Below, one piece after another: positions 37,393-47,310 of a DNA stretch of 64,000 nt. The stretch is from Candidatus Latescibacterota bacterium. Its GTDB lineage: Bacteria > Latescibacterota > UBA2968. Every line of letters begins with the position of its first letter. The stretch's first letter is position 1. The notes under the pieces were generated by a model. The model worked only from the letters and a program-made list of their open reading frames with translations, made no database searches and was not told the origin of the DNA. The stretch spans positions 5,280,001-5,344,000 of the forward strand of contig OZ244960.1 of assembly GCA_965222605.1 (NCBI GenBank), given 5' to 3'. Position numbers and translations under genes: made by a program.

Positions 37393-38955
37393 TTATTTGC
37401 CGAGCGCGATTTGTTCGCACCTGGCATATTTTTTGACCAGTTCGTCGTACACTGCGGTGTTGGATGGTTTGACGACGGAGCCGGATATGGGTTCGGCGAT
37501 GCCCTTGCTGATGTCTTCCCAGGTGGTGTTTTGTCCAGAGGCGTTGAGGTGAGCATGCGCTGCGCGGAGAGCCGCGCCGAGGGCCGCGCTATTGGTGACT
37601 TCAAATTGGTGAACAGGACAGTTTTGTACATCGGACATGATCTGAAGGATTTCGGGATTGATCGATGCACCGCCTGTGACATAGATGGCTGAAGGACGCA
37701 CGCCCATCCATTCTGAGTGAATGCGCATGGACATCATTTGTGCCTGGACAACCGCGCGGCAATTGCCGGCGGCGTCCTGTTCGTCGAGGTCAAAGCGATG
37801 TACGCCGGGTTCGAGGACATTGGGCACGATTTCGGGTTCAAAATAGGGAAGCATGATTTTGCCATTATTGCCCGGTGGAGTGGATTGAAGTGCATGGGAA
37901 AAACCGTCCCAATCCAGACCATGAGATTGGCGAACGGCTTCGCGGGCGAGGGAGCCATTTTTGAAACAGATGAGGGTCATATAATCGCCAGTGGGTGAGA
38001 CGAAGACGTGACCTTCGCCGCGCGGGTCGGTCTGGCAATTTTTCATTGTGCCAAAGTAGGTGTCGCTGGTGCCGAGTGAAATGGCGACGAGGCCCTCGCG
38101 AATAAGACCGAGGCCGATGACGCTGTTGGGATTGTCGCCCGACCAGACGAGAGCCTGTGCATTGGGGTCGACGCCGTATTTATCGACAAAGTAGCGGCTT
38201 ACAGTACCGATAATTGTGCGGGATTTTGCAAGCGGCGGCAGGCGATGGGACAGATCGGGTGCTGTGGCGTTGAGCGCGGCGGCATGCCAGGTTCGGGTCT
38301 GAATGTCCATCAAGTTCATGCCCGCGCCGTCGCCGTGATCGATGGGGGCAACTTTGCCCGCGATCAGAGAGGCCATGAAGGAACTGACGAGCATGATGTG
38401 TATGGTTCTGTTATAAGCATCGGGTTGTGTTTTGTAGAATTTGCGAATTTGTGGTCCCGTGAAGCGTTCAAAGGTGGTAGATCCCGTGGCGCTGGCTGTG
38501 GCTTGAAGACCGCCGAGGGCGTCGCAAATTTCATCGCATTCGGCGCGGGTAGAGGAATCCATCCAGATGGGAGATGTGTCGCGGGAGAATATACCGCCGA
38601 GATTTTCTACGAGGGATTTTGATGGATCGAGATTGGACAGGTTATTCGCGGTTTTGAGATAGACAGAACCGTGTTGTTGTCCCGAGCCAGAGATGGCCCG
38701 GATATCGCCGAGGGTTATGCCCTCGGTTTTCATTTTGTCAAAAAGCACATCGAGGGCTTCGGCCCACATGAGGGGTGGCGAGTGAACTATTTTGGGATCG
38801 GGATGGTCGAGGACGCCATTTTTAGTGCCATAGTGCGGTAGTGTTTCGTCGTAGTTCAAAGAAACATCGTACACGACTTTATGGGTGTCGAAGTCTATGA
38901 TAATGGCACTCAAGCTTTGTGTGCTGGCGTCAAGCCCGAGATAAAGGTCGCTCAT
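37393..38955 (-). CDS. FGGY carbohydrate kinase, eukaryote-type xylulokinase-like
   Basis: YLGLDASTQS, SGSGQQHGSVY, SPIWMDSST, ERFTGPQIRK, SLGTSDT, CFKNGSLARE. Confidence 0.9.
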   Translation of the reverse strand: MSDLYLGLDASTQSLSAIIIDFDTHKVVYDVSLNYDETLPHYGTKNGVLDHPDPKIVHSPPLMWAEALDVLFDKMKTEGITLGDIRAISGSGQQHGSVYLKTANNLSNLDPSKSLVENLGGIFSRDTSPIWMDSSTRAECDEICDALGGLQATASATGSTTFERFTGPQIRKFYKTQPDAYNRTIHIMLVSSFMASLIAGKVAPIDHGDGAGMNLMDIQTRTWHAAALNATAPDLSHRLPPLAKSRTIIGTVSRYFVDKYGVDPNAQALVWSGDNPNSVIGLGLIREGLVAISLGTSDTYFGTMKNCQTDPRGEGHVFVSPTGDYMTLICFKNGSLAREAVRQSHGLDWDGFSHALQSTPPGNNGKIMLPYFEPEIVPNVLEPGVHRFDLDEQDAAGNCRAVVQAQMMSMRIHSEWMGVRPSAIYVTGGASINPEILQIMSDVQNCPVHQFEVTNSAALGAALRAAHAHLNASGQNTTWEDISKGIAEPISGSVVKPSNTAVYDELVKKYARCEQIALGK

Positions 38956-38964
38956 GGATACTCC

Positions 38965-39299
38965 TTACAATTCATAAATAACCGGGCATTTGGATAGGTC
39001 GTCAATATGTCGGGTAAGGCCCTGTCGTGTGTCGTTGACGGGGCGAGAGTTTTCGGTGCGCATGTGAATGGCAAAGCTGCGACGGGGACTGTTGGATCGG
39101 TTGGGTCCGCTGCCGTGGAGCGTGAAGCAGTCGTGCAGGCTCAAGGTGCCGGGTGGCAGGAGCATGGGAACTTCGCGCCAGGTGGCCTGTTCGGGTATTG
39201 ATATGCCGCGGCGCAATGTGTCGAGGTCTTGTTGTTGAAAGCCGAAGGCGATGTCCAAAAGCCCCCAGCGGTGTGAGCCGGGCACAAAGCGCATTATGA
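38965..39299 (-). pseudogene. C-terminal half of a PhyH-family dioxygenase
   Basis: MRFVPGSHRWG...TLHGSGPNRSNSPRRSFAIH present; the HxD-containing half is missing and the tetR 3' end takes its place. Confidence 0.75.
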
Positions 39300-39911
39300 T
39301 TAAGCTACATGCCGACGCGATACTTGTAAAAATCGCACAGCGCGCTGTCCCAGCCGTTTTAACAGATCCAGATCTTGCCGCGCTTTTGCCAGCATCAAAA
39401 TGCCTTCGTAATACGCCCACAATGCCAGGGCTGTTTCTCGCGTATCCATGGGAGACAGATCACTGGCTTCTACTGCTTCATCGAGTGTTTTTTGCAACCG
39501 ACCAATTACATCCTCAAAAATACGGTCAATTTTATGGCGGATCAGCGGCTCGTGCGCGCTCATCTCCACGGCGAGGTTGCCAAACGGACAACCACAAAGC
39601 TGTTTGTGCTGCTCGTAAAATTGGCAATTTTGCTCGTAAACCAGTTCAAAAAACCGCGAAATCTGCTCCAGGGGTGGTCGTTCTGGCGAAAAAGCCTGCT
39701 CCCATGTGGTCTCCCGTGCAAATTTCCACCACCGATCTAATGAAGCCAGTACCAGGTCTTGCTTGGTCTCAAAAAAGTGGTAAAAGCTCCCTTTTTTTAC
39801 CCCAGCAGCTTTGCACAATTCCTGTACGCCCACGTCGGTATAACTGCGCGTAAAAAATAAATCCATCGCAGCTCGTATTAGCCGCTCTTTTGCATCGCTC
39901 GTGCGTCCCAT
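39300..39911 (-). CDS. TetR/AcrR-family regulator
   Basis: AKERLIRAAMDLF...GVQELCKAAGVKKGSFYHFFETKQDL; GCPFGNLAVE. Confidence 0.94.
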   Translation of the reverse strand: MGRTSDAKERLIRAAMDLFFTRSYTDVGVQELCKAAGVKKGSFYHFFETKQDLVLASLDRWWKFARETTWEQAFSPERPPLEQISRFFELVYEQNCQFYEQHKQLCGCPFGNLAVEMSAHEPLIRHKIDRIFEDVIGRLQKTLDEAVEASDLSPMDTRETALALWAYYEGILMLAKARQDLDLLKRLGQRAVRFLQVSRRHVA

Positions 39912-40066
39912 GGTGTGCCTTTTACGATAGATTCGATAAATCTGCTATGTCCTGAGGTCGCCCAGTCGCTTTTTTGTTTTGCTTTAAATTTTGTAAATTG
40001 ATAACATGGACCGTCCTGAAACTAAATATAGTCTATCTAAACCGACTTTTCAACAAGGAGCTTCAC

Positions 40067-40696
40067 ATGCGCGTCATCGTAATTGGCACGGAATACACGG
40101 GCAAAACCACGCTGGTTCAAGCCATCCAAAAATGGGGCATGGAGCGCGGTATTCGCCATCACATGGATGATCACTTTTCCATCCCCGACCAGCAAACCCT
40201 TACGAATCCCGCAGATCAAAAGGCCATGGCGGAATTGCCGTCGCCCATCAAAGAGCGTTTTCAGCGATTTCAGATCGCCTATCACGTGCGTCTGGTACAC
40301 AATTACCAGCACGTCTTGCTCACCGGGTTTCACATTGAGGAAATGGTGTACGGCCAACGCTATTACTATCCCGACCTGGCGCGTCCGGTCGAAAATCCCC
40401 AGGCATGGGAGAAAAACATGCCCTCCGACATCATTCTGGTACATCTCACGGCCAGTCCTGAGGTCATCAAACAGCGCATGAAAGACGATCCACACGATTT
40501 TCCTATTGTACCCGAATCGGATATCGAAGAAGTCCAGGCGGCATTCCAAGAAGAATTTCGCAAATCCTTTTTTAAACAAAAATTTCAGATCGACACATCA
40601 GATCTGAATGCAGATACATTACTCGAGTCCTTTCTCAGCCAATCGTTTCCCTACCTCACCGCCGCCGATCACGCCATTCGATTGGCAGTTGGGTAA
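40067..40696 (+). CDS. P-loop nucleoside/nucleotide kinase-like protein
   Basis: MRVIVIGTEYTGKTT Walker A; LVHLTASPEVIKQR lid-like motif; AAGGAG RBS. Confidence 0.7.
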   Translation: MRVIVIGTEYTGKTTLVQAIQKWGMERGIRHHMDDHFSIPDQQTLTNPADQKAMAELPSPIKERFQRFQIAYHVRLVHNYQHVLLTGFHIEEMVYGQRYYYPDLARPVENPQAWEKNMPSDIILVHLTASPEVIKQRMKDDPHDFPIVPESDIEEVQAAFQEEFRKSFFKQKFQIDTSDLNADTLLESFLSQSFPYLTAADHAIRLAVG

Positions 40697-40717
40697 CCAG
40701 TTTCCGAGGTACTCATT

Positions 40718-42118
40718 TTGCCGCCTCTGCCTCCCGACATGCGCCTTGTGTTTGACGATGGTACTCTCGTCCTTCTGGATCCGCCAGCGGATTATGAACC
40801 GCCGTCTCCATTTATATGGGATAGCCGGGTGGGACGCTGGCGCGCTCAGGCGCATCGGTATCGCGATGTTGTCGAGGTGCTGCGAGCGCAGGATGTTGGA
40901 ACAAAAAACGTCGCCCCGCGCTACAACCGCCTCAATCTCAATTTCAACCGCGAACACACCCCACATCCGCATCAGGCCGAAGCCTTTGACGCCTGGCAGT
41001 CACACCAATATCGCGGTGTCGTTGTCCTGCCCACGGGATCGGGCAAGTCTCTTCTGGCACTGATGGGTATTGCAGAAATCGGTCGCAGTACTCTTGTTGT
41101 CGCGCCCACGATTGATCTTATGAATCAGTGGTACGACTTGCTCAGAGACGCCTTTTCCTGCGATATAGGCATCCTGGGTGGGGGCTATCACGAGCTTGAA
41201 GATCTCACTGTAACGACTTACGACAGTGCGTATATGCACATGGACCGCTACGGCAATCGCTTTGGTTTTCTGGTTTTTGACGAGGTCCATCACCTGCCCG
41301 GCGAATCCTATTCCCACGGTGCAGAACTTTCTATTGCTCCTTATCGCCTGGGGCTTACAGCAACGCTCGAACGTCCCGATGGTCGCCATCTTATGCTGCG
41401 CGATCTCGTGGGCCCCACCGTTTATGAAAAGGGCATCCGCGATTTGTCGGGCGATTATCTCTCTGAGTACAATACGCAGCGCATTGAAGTCGATATGGTG
41501 GCCGAAGAGCGCGCCGAATACGAAACCGCGCGTTCGCAATTTAGTGATTTTCTGGAATCCAAGAATCTGCGGTTGGGCAGTGCTTCTGGATGGCAAAATT
41601 TTGTGCGCCTCTCGGCTCGTTCCAGCGATGGCCGAAGGGCGATGCTCGCCTATCGCCGCTATCGAAAAGTCGCTCTGGGCACAACCGCTAAGTTGCGCGT
41701 GTTGGAAGACCTGCTAAAAAAACACCCGCGCGACCGCATGTTGATTTTCACCAATGACAACGAAACTGTTTATACCATTTCAGAACAATTTCTCATTCCC
41801 GCCATCACGCACCAGACCCGCACAAAGGAGCGCAGGGAAATCCTCAAAGCTTTTAATGAGGGGGACATCCTCGCGCTTGTCACCTCTCGCGTGCTCAACG
41901 AAGGGGTCAACGTACCCGAGGCCAATGTCGCGGTTGTGCTTTCGGGCACGAGTACTATCCGCGAACATGTTCAGCGATTGGGGCGCATTTTGCGCCGCCG
42001 CGAAGGCAAACACGCTATTCTCTACGAAGTGATCTCCCGCAACACGGTTGAAGATCGCATTTCCCGCCGCCGCAGACAACACGATGCGTACGATGGTAAG
42101 CAACGAGAAATGTTTTGA
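40718..42118 (+). CDS. XPB/Rad25-like superfamily 2 helicase
   Basis: VLPTGSGKS, FDEVHHL, LGLTAT.ERPDG, VLNEGVNVP, QRLGRILR. Confidence 0.92.
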   Translation: MPPLPPDMRLVFDDGTLVLLDPPADYEPPSPFIWDSRVGRWRAQAHRYRDVVEVLRAQDVGTKNVAPRYNRLNLNFNREHTPHPHQAEAFDAWQSHQYRGVVVLPTGSGKSLLALMGIAEIGRSTLVVAPTIDLMNQWYDLLRDAFSCDIGILGGGYHELEDLTVTTYDSAYMHMDRYGNRFGFLVFDEVHHLPGESYSHGAELSIAPYRLGLTATLERPDGRHLMLRDLVGPTVYEKGIRDLSGDYLSEYNTQRIEVDMVAEERAEYETARSQFSDFLESKNLRLGSASGWQNFVRLSARSSDGRRAMLAYRRYRKVALGTTAKLRVLEDLLKKHPRDRMLIFTNDNETVYTISEQFLIPAITHQTRTKERREILKAFNEGDILALVTSRVLNEGVNVPEANVAVVLSGTSTIREHVQRLGRILRRREGKHAILYEVISRNTVEDRISRRRRQHDAYDGKQREMF

Positions 42119-42129
42119 GAGGAGCTTCT

Positions 42130-42747
42130 GTGCATATTGAAGATCTCTTTACTCCAGCCCAACGAGTACTTGTCGCCCACCTTCATAGCTGCGATCAGGA
42201 GGAGCGCAGAGCCGGCTCTACTGACCCGCTGCGCCTCAAGGCTGCCAGCCCAGAGGTGGCCCATTATCTATGTCTCACCGCGGTTCACCAACGGGCGAGG
42301 ACACTGGTCGAATTTGGCACTTCGCACGGCTATTCCACTTTGCATCTGGCCGTAGCGGCACAGCATACGGGAGGCCGCGTTTTTACGCTGGATCAGATGC
42401 CCGAAAAAACCGCGGCGGCCCGGGGCAATTTGCGAGCCGCTGGTCTGGACCATCTGGTGGCGTGTCACACCAGTACCGGTGATGTCTTTATCGCGGCTCT
42501 TCCCGAGTGCGTAGATTTCGTCTTTGTTGATTTTGGCCTGCACGCTTTCGCGCAGATGTTCGACATGTTGGAAAGCCGTTTGGCACCGGGGGCTTTCCTC
42601 TTTGTCGATGGCTGGTCTGCGGTTGAACAATGGTACATGGACCCGGATTGGGCCGCCTTTAAGAGCCGTCTGGACGATTCCTCCGATTATCTGACCTGTA
42701 TCCTGCCCCTGCAAAAGTCGCACCTCATTGCCATTAAGCTATCCTGA
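42130..42747 (+). CDS. Class I SAM-dependent O-methyltransferase-like protein
   Basis: LVEFGTSHGYSTL, DFVFVD, LAPG; GTG start after GAGGAG. Confidence 0.85.
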   Translation: MHIEDLFTPAQRVLVAHLHSCDQEERRAGSTDPLRLKAASPEVAHYLCLTAVHQRARTLVEFGTSHGYSTLHLAVAAQHTGGRVFTLDQMPEKTAAARGNLRAAGLDHLVACHTSTGDVFIAALPECVDFVFVDFGLHAFAQMFDMLESRLAPGAFLFVDGWSAVEQWYMDPDWAAFKSRLDDSSDYLTCILPLQKSHLIAIKLS

Positions 42748-42819
42748 CGTATTTCACATTGCTAATATGAGACGGGTAGAGAAGCGGCAAGTGTATGAAA
42801 CAGAGATCATTTTAACAAG

Positions 42820-43404
42820 GTGGAGATGATGGACCTAGCGATTTTTGTTGGAAAACTTTTAGGCATAGCACTTGCAATTTGGTTCCTTTTCTACCAGAAG
42901 AAAGTGATACCTGATTTCCAAAAATGGAGATGGAATTTTGGAATTTCACTTCTGTTCTTGTTTGCTGTGTTTGGGTGTGGAAAATTACAATCAGGATTAA
43001 ATACTGAACTTCGCAAAGAAGAGATAGGATGTTGCAAAGTTGACGCGCGCGAGATATGCAATGACGCGATTTGGAGATTTATATCTCATAGAGAGTTAAC
43101 GGGAAAAGTAGCAGAAATGCGAAGAGAGGTAGGGATGATTGTAGTGAAAGGGGCATATAAAATAAACTGGTATAATGAAACAGGAAAAAGATTACGAGTG
43201 AATTATGGTCTTCGTTTTTGGGATGCTAACAAATTAGAGATTGCGCGACATAACCTTGGAATTGGTTCTGAATTTGTTATTCTCCCGTCAGTTCCGAAAG
43301 AAATTTCAGGCACTTTTGAAATTAAAGTAGATAATTTAGAAGCGGCTAATTCTATCAGTCGAATGCGTGTTTTTGCATCTTTTGAAAAAATAGATGCTGA
43401 TTAA
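42820..43404 (+). CDS. Hypothetical membrane/lipoprotein
   Basis: Two hydrophobic segments, the second ending LFAVFGC (lipobox-like); AT-rich. Confidence 0.5.
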   Translation: MEMMDLAIFVGKLLGIALAIWFLFYQKKVIPDFQKWRWNFGISLLFLFAVFGCGKLQSGLNTELRKEEIGCCKVDAREICNDAIWRFISHRELTGKVAEMRREVGMIVVKGAYKINWYNETGKRLRVNYGLRFWDANKLEIARHNLGIGSEFVILPSVPKEISGTFEIKVDNLEAANSISRMRVFASFEKIDAD

Positions 43405-43463
43405 AACATAGATGAGTAGTATTTTTGTCGGTTGCTGCTTCCTGATCTCAGTCCCAAAGGCTT

Positions 43464-43808
43464 TTGCTATTACAGGAATGTGGAGAAGGCCTGTTTTTAT
43501 TTTTTAATGTAGATTTCACATTTGATGTCATTTCAACCGGGATCAAAACTGCACATGGTCGCGAGGAGCAACGTGAGGAGGTGACGCTCAATAATACCAG
43601 TGTGACATTACAGTTTGCGGATCTTACGCCAGATTTTAATGGTGATGGGCGGGTTAATTTGAGTGACTTTTTGCTCTTTGCAAGCCAATTTGGATTAAGT
43701 CGCGGCGATGAGCAGTATGACACGAAGTACGATCTGGATGGCGATGGCACAATTAGATTTGGCGATTTTCTGATTTTTGGCAGAAGTTTCGGCAATGAAG
43801 GGTCGTAA
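43464..43808 (+). pseudogene. C-terminal remnant of a dockerin-like EF-hand surface protein
   Basis: DFNGDGRVNLSDFLLF...DLDGDGTIRFGDFLIF, paralogous to the module in 19005-21956; no signal peptide or convincing start. Confidence 0.65.
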
Positions 43809-43888
43809 TTTGTATTTGTGCTTCACTGTAATATCTAAAACTGTTCACAGTATCGTCTCAGGAAACAAATCACCCAGGAGATAATATT

Positions 43889-44812
43889 ATGCCTAAATTT
43901 AAGGATCTCTCCCGGATAGAAAAGCCTGACTCCATGACATATTTCAGTGAGCGAGAAGAGGGGGCAATTCCCCGAGATAATGAGGAAATCGGCGACAGCG
44001 CATGGGGCGGTATCCAAGCACTTATTCATGCACGGATTGGTGACGGTTCATTCGGTGTAAGCTATCCAATAACCTGCTCTGACGGTGGAGGAATCATAGG
44101 CACCAATGAGGGAGCCTTTGAACAGGCCATGCGAGCCGATATTCCAAATTTGCAGGAGCAGGATTACCACTCTTGGAACGAAAAGCCACAGCGAACTCTG
44201 GATATTCTTGATATGATAGAGTTCTGCGGGCGGTGTATCGGCAAGCCTATCCGCAAAGGCTATCACAAGTTTTTTAATCACCATCATCTGGATTTCAATA
44301 TCAAGGCTGGTCAGGACGAATTTAGAGATGCCATCAATCGAATATTTCGTCGCAATGTTCTCGCCTACGAACTGACAGAGTACGGCTATATCGAACGACT
44401 TGCGCCGCCAGTGTTGCGTGAGGAACTTGCTTCGGCTGAGTTCCGCACAGGCGATGCCGAGCTTGATCGTATGTTAGAAACAGCGCGGTGCAAATTTCTC
44501 AACCCCGACGAAGCGAAACGGCGTGAAGCCTTGAAGTCTCTGTGGGATGCGTGGGAGCGGCTGAAGACACTGGGCAAAGGATTGGATAAGAAGGCGCAGG
44601 TCACATATCTTCTTGACCACATCGCTGGCCCATCCTCTCCCAATTTCCGAGAAGCATTGGAGATGGAAGCCAAAGAACTAACGAGGATCGGCAATAACTT
44701 TCAAATACGCCATTCCGAAAGAAATCAAGAACGACTCGCCAGAAGCGAACATGTCGATTATCTCTTCCATCGACTGTTTGCCCTTATTCAAGCGGTTCTT
44801 AAACTGCGGTGA
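43889..44812 (+). CDS. AbiJ-NTD4-like protein with C-terminal HEPN-like domain (putative abortive infection)
   Basis: YFSERE N-terminal motif; LWDAWERLKT...LTRIGNNFQIRHSE...DYLFHRL; AGGAG RBS. Confidence 0.65.
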   Translation: MPKFKDLSRIEKPDSMTYFSEREEGAIPRDNEEIGDSAWGGIQALIHARIGDGSFGVSYPITCSDGGGIIGTNEGAFEQAMRADIPNLQEQDYHSWNEKPQRTLDILDMIEFCGRCIGKPIRKGYHKFFNHHHLDFNIKAGQDEFRDAINRIFRRNVLAYELTEYGYIERLAPPVLREELASAEFRTGDAELDRMLETARCKFLNPDEAKRREALKSLWDAWERLKTLGKGLDKKAQVTYLLDHIAGPSSPNFREALEMEAKELTRIGNNFQIRHSERNQERLARSEHVDYLFHRLFALIQAVLKLR

Positions 44813-44993
44813 GATGGCAGTACAGGATTTTGCGCGTTCGTTTTGAAGGGTATAGTTATAGTTTCTTGGGACTATTTGAAAATGCCTGATGATACGCAAT
44901 GAGAGATATTTTGAAATGCGGTTGACAAAATGGCGTTGTTGCTACACTTTTGGATTGTAAATGCTATTCAACTATGGATGAAACGGGGCGCAC

Positions 44994-45254
44994 ATGTTAA
45001 AAATTACATTTGAATGTCCAGATGATATTCTGCAAACCCTCAGTGAAACACCTGAACAATTCGCCGAACAAGGCCGCATGCTCATCGCCGTCAAATTGTT
45101 TGAACTCGGACGTTTGTCATCGGGACAGGCGGTTCGGTTTGCGGGCATGGAGCGCGTTGTGTTTTTAGATGCCTTAAAGTCCTACCAGGTATCTCCTATC
45201 AATCTGTCCTCAGAAGAACTGGCAAAGGATATTTCCAATGCCAGAAATCTGTAG
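44994..45254 (+). CDS. UPF0175-family protein (orphan antitoxin-like)
   Basis: AVKLFELGRLSSGQA..FAGMERV.FL. Confidence 0.88.
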   Translation: MLKITFECPDDILQTLSETPEQFAEQGRMLIAVKLFELGRLSSGQAVRFAGMERVVFLDALKSYQVSPINLSSEELAKDISNARNL

Positions 45255-45268
45255 TAAGGAGAAGTGCA

Positions 45269-45544
45269 ATGATACGACCAGTTGCAGTGGAACCGCGTGA
45301 TGGTTACCGCATCTGGGTGCGCTATTCAGACGGGGTATCGGGTGAGATAGACTTGTCAGATATGGCTGGACGCGGCGTGTTTGCAGCTTGGAATGACCGC
45401 ACATTTTTTGAGACTGTGCAAGTGGCAGAAGGAGGCGCAATAGTCTGGGGCGATGATTTGGATATTTGTCCGGACGCGCTTTATATGGAACTCAGGGGCG
45501 AGTCTGTGGCCGAAGTGATGTCGGGCGTACAAGTAGCGATCTAA
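45269..45544 (+). CDS. DUF2442-family protein
   Basis: VEPRDGYRIWVRYSDG.SGEIDL...IVWGDDLDICPDALY. Confidence 0.85.
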   Translation: MIRPVAVEPRDGYRIWVRYSDGVSGEIDLSDMAGRGVFAAWNDRTFFETVQVAEGGAIVWGDDLDICPDALYMELRGESVAEVMSGVQVAI

Positions 45545-45783
45545 TGAAAAAAATGATTTGTGAACATGATGTCGTTGTGTTGATTCGCGATGTCGAGGAT
45601 TATGATCTTAAAGCAGGAGATGTAGGTGCCGTAGTGCATTGTTACGACGCGGGCAACGCCTATGAGGTTGAATTTGTAACTCCCCAGGGTAAAACAGTTG
45701 CACTTCTTACATTAGATCAGAGAGATATTCGCCCGATGGGTGACAGTGAAATTTTGCATGTTCGCGATATGGCAACATCATAA
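45544..45783 (+). CDS. DUF4926-family protein
   Basis: EHDVVVL..D...LKAGDVGAVVH...YEVEF. Confidence 0.88.
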   Translation: MKKMICEHDVVVLIRDVEDYDLKAGDVGAVVHCYDAGNAYEVEFVTPQGKTVALLTLDQRDIRPMGDSEILHVRDMATS

Positions 45784-45784
45784 A

Positions 45785-46084
45785 ATGGATCTGACCATGG
45801 ACAAAACAGAAATAGTGAACACACTCAAGGCATTAAAACCCGATCTTTTGCAACACAAAGTGCGGGAAATTGGTTTATTTGGATCTTTTGCGCGAGATGA
45901 ACAGCAAAATACCAGTGATATAGATGTATTGATAGATTTTGATGATGAGGCAAGTCTATTTGATCTGATCAGGGTGGGAGATTTTCTGGAGACAAAGCTT
46001 CATCGCAAGGTAGATGTTGTCCCAAAAGAGTCGCTCCGTGAGGAAATTCGAGACACTGTTCTAAAAGAAATGATAGTGTTATGA
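45785..46084 (+). CDS. Minimal nucleotidyltransferase (MntA-like antitoxin)
   Basis: [21 protein letters not shown]...KVDVV. Confidence 0.92.
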   Translation: MDLTMDKTEIVNTLKALKPDLLQHKVREIGLFGSFARDEQQNTSDIDVLIDFDDEASLFDLIRVGDFLETKLHRKVDVVPKESLREEIRDTVLKEMIVL

Positions 46085-46434
46085 GGGACTTAACGCTCTA
46101 TCTGAAAGACATATTGGCAGCGATGGATAGTATTGAATCTTTCATCTCAGGCATGACTTTTGAAACATTCGAGAGTGACGACAAGACATCCAGTGCTGTC
46201 ATTAGAAAGCTCGAAATCATAGGCGAAGCCTCTAAACAAATTCCAGACGAAATCAGAGCGACTTCACCACAGGTTCCCTGGCGAGAGATGGCAGGGATGC
46301 GTGACATATTGATACATTCCTATTTTGGAGTCAATTTTCGACTTATTTGGAAAGCTATTACAGATGACATGTCAAAAGCCAAACCACACCTTCAGCAACT
46401 TTTAGCTGATATAACCCAAAACAACTCAAAATAG
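46081..46434 (+). CDS. HEPN/DUF86 ribonuclease toxin (HepT-like)
   Basis: [21 protein letters not shown] (RxxxxH..Y); 4-nt overlap with the MNT gene. Confidence 0.92.
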   Translation: MRDLTLYLKDILAAMDSIESFISGMTFETFESDDKTSSAVIRKLEIIGEASKQIPDEIRATSPQVPWREMAGMRDILIHSYFGVNFRLIWKAITDDMSKAKPHLQQLLADITQNNSK

Positions 46435-46445
46435 AAAGGCAGACC

Positions 46446-47300
46446 ATGGACCTGACGAAACAACCGCCTCGCCGACCGACCAACACTTCAATGCTCGGCA
46501 TTGTCTCACTTGCTCGTTTGACCGATAAAGCGCGGGCGCACCGGGCAAATACCATTGGTGAACACCTCTATGGCGAGAACTCGGGATTGGATAAAATAGT
46601 ACTCGATTTTCTCGGCGTCTCGCACGATGAATTTGCCGATGCGGCACAGCGCATGAACGACGCGGAATTGTGTGATTGGCTGCGCGAAACGTACCCTAAG
46701 ACCGAAGAGGAAATCCAGGCGTACAACAACGAACTCCTCACCTGGGAACCCTTTGATGAGGCGAGCCGCCAGCGCCTGGAGGATCGTCTCGAACAATACA
46801 ATGCCGATCCAGATAAAGTGAAAACCATGCTCCAATCTATGGAACTCGACGACTGGGGGTGTTTCCGGGATACCGACCTGACCCAACACCCACCGCGTAC
46901 GCCTTATAATCGCGATGTTGCTGGCATTTACGGCGGATCGCGTATGGGCGATAAAGCACGCGCGGCAAAGGCGGGCAAACTCAACGACTATATCTACAAT
47001 TGCCCCATTGACCAGGTCATTTTTGATTTTCTCAATATATCCGCCGAAGATTTCCAGGACGCGGCCTATCACAATGTCAACGATATAGAACTGGGTGCTT
47101 GGGTGCTCGAACACACTGATCGCACTCAGGATGAAATCTCGCGTCTAAACGCGGGTCTCTCTCAAAAAGGTCCCGAAGGCGAACAGCAAATGGAGATTTT
47201 CAACACAACGCTCGAGTGTGTAGCACCTGACCGCACCGATGTCACCACCTGGTTTGACCTTCTCGACCTCGACGACGCACACGCCTACAACCTGGAATAA
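46446..47300 (+). CDS. Tandem double DUF5069-like protein
   Basis: Two homologous halves: DLTKQPPR...RLTDKARA...LDKIVLDFLG and DLTQHPPR...RMGDKARA...IDQVIFDFLN. Confidence 0.8.
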   Translation: MDLTKQPPRRPTNTSMLGIVSLARLTDKARAHRANTIGEHLYGENSGLDKIVLDFLGVSHDEFADAAQRMNDAELCDWLRETYPKTEEEIQAYNNELLTWEPFDEASRQRLEDRLEQYNADPDKVKTMLQSMELDDWGCFRDTDLTQHPPRTPYNRDVAGIYGGSRMGDKARAAKAGKLNDYIYNCPIDQVIFDFLNISAEDFQDAAYHNVNDIELGAWVLEHTDRTQDEISRLNAGLSQKGPEGEQQMEIFNTTLECVAPDRTDVTTWFDLLDLDDAHAYNLE

Positions 47301-47310
47301 GAGAGGGTAT

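Noticed and set aside
39912-40066. TetR operator in the divergent intergenic region
   Set aside because: No convincing palindrome found by eye
42748-46445. Integron cassette array
   Set aside because: Genes are co-oriented, but intergenic regions share no repeat or attC-like structure and no intI is present
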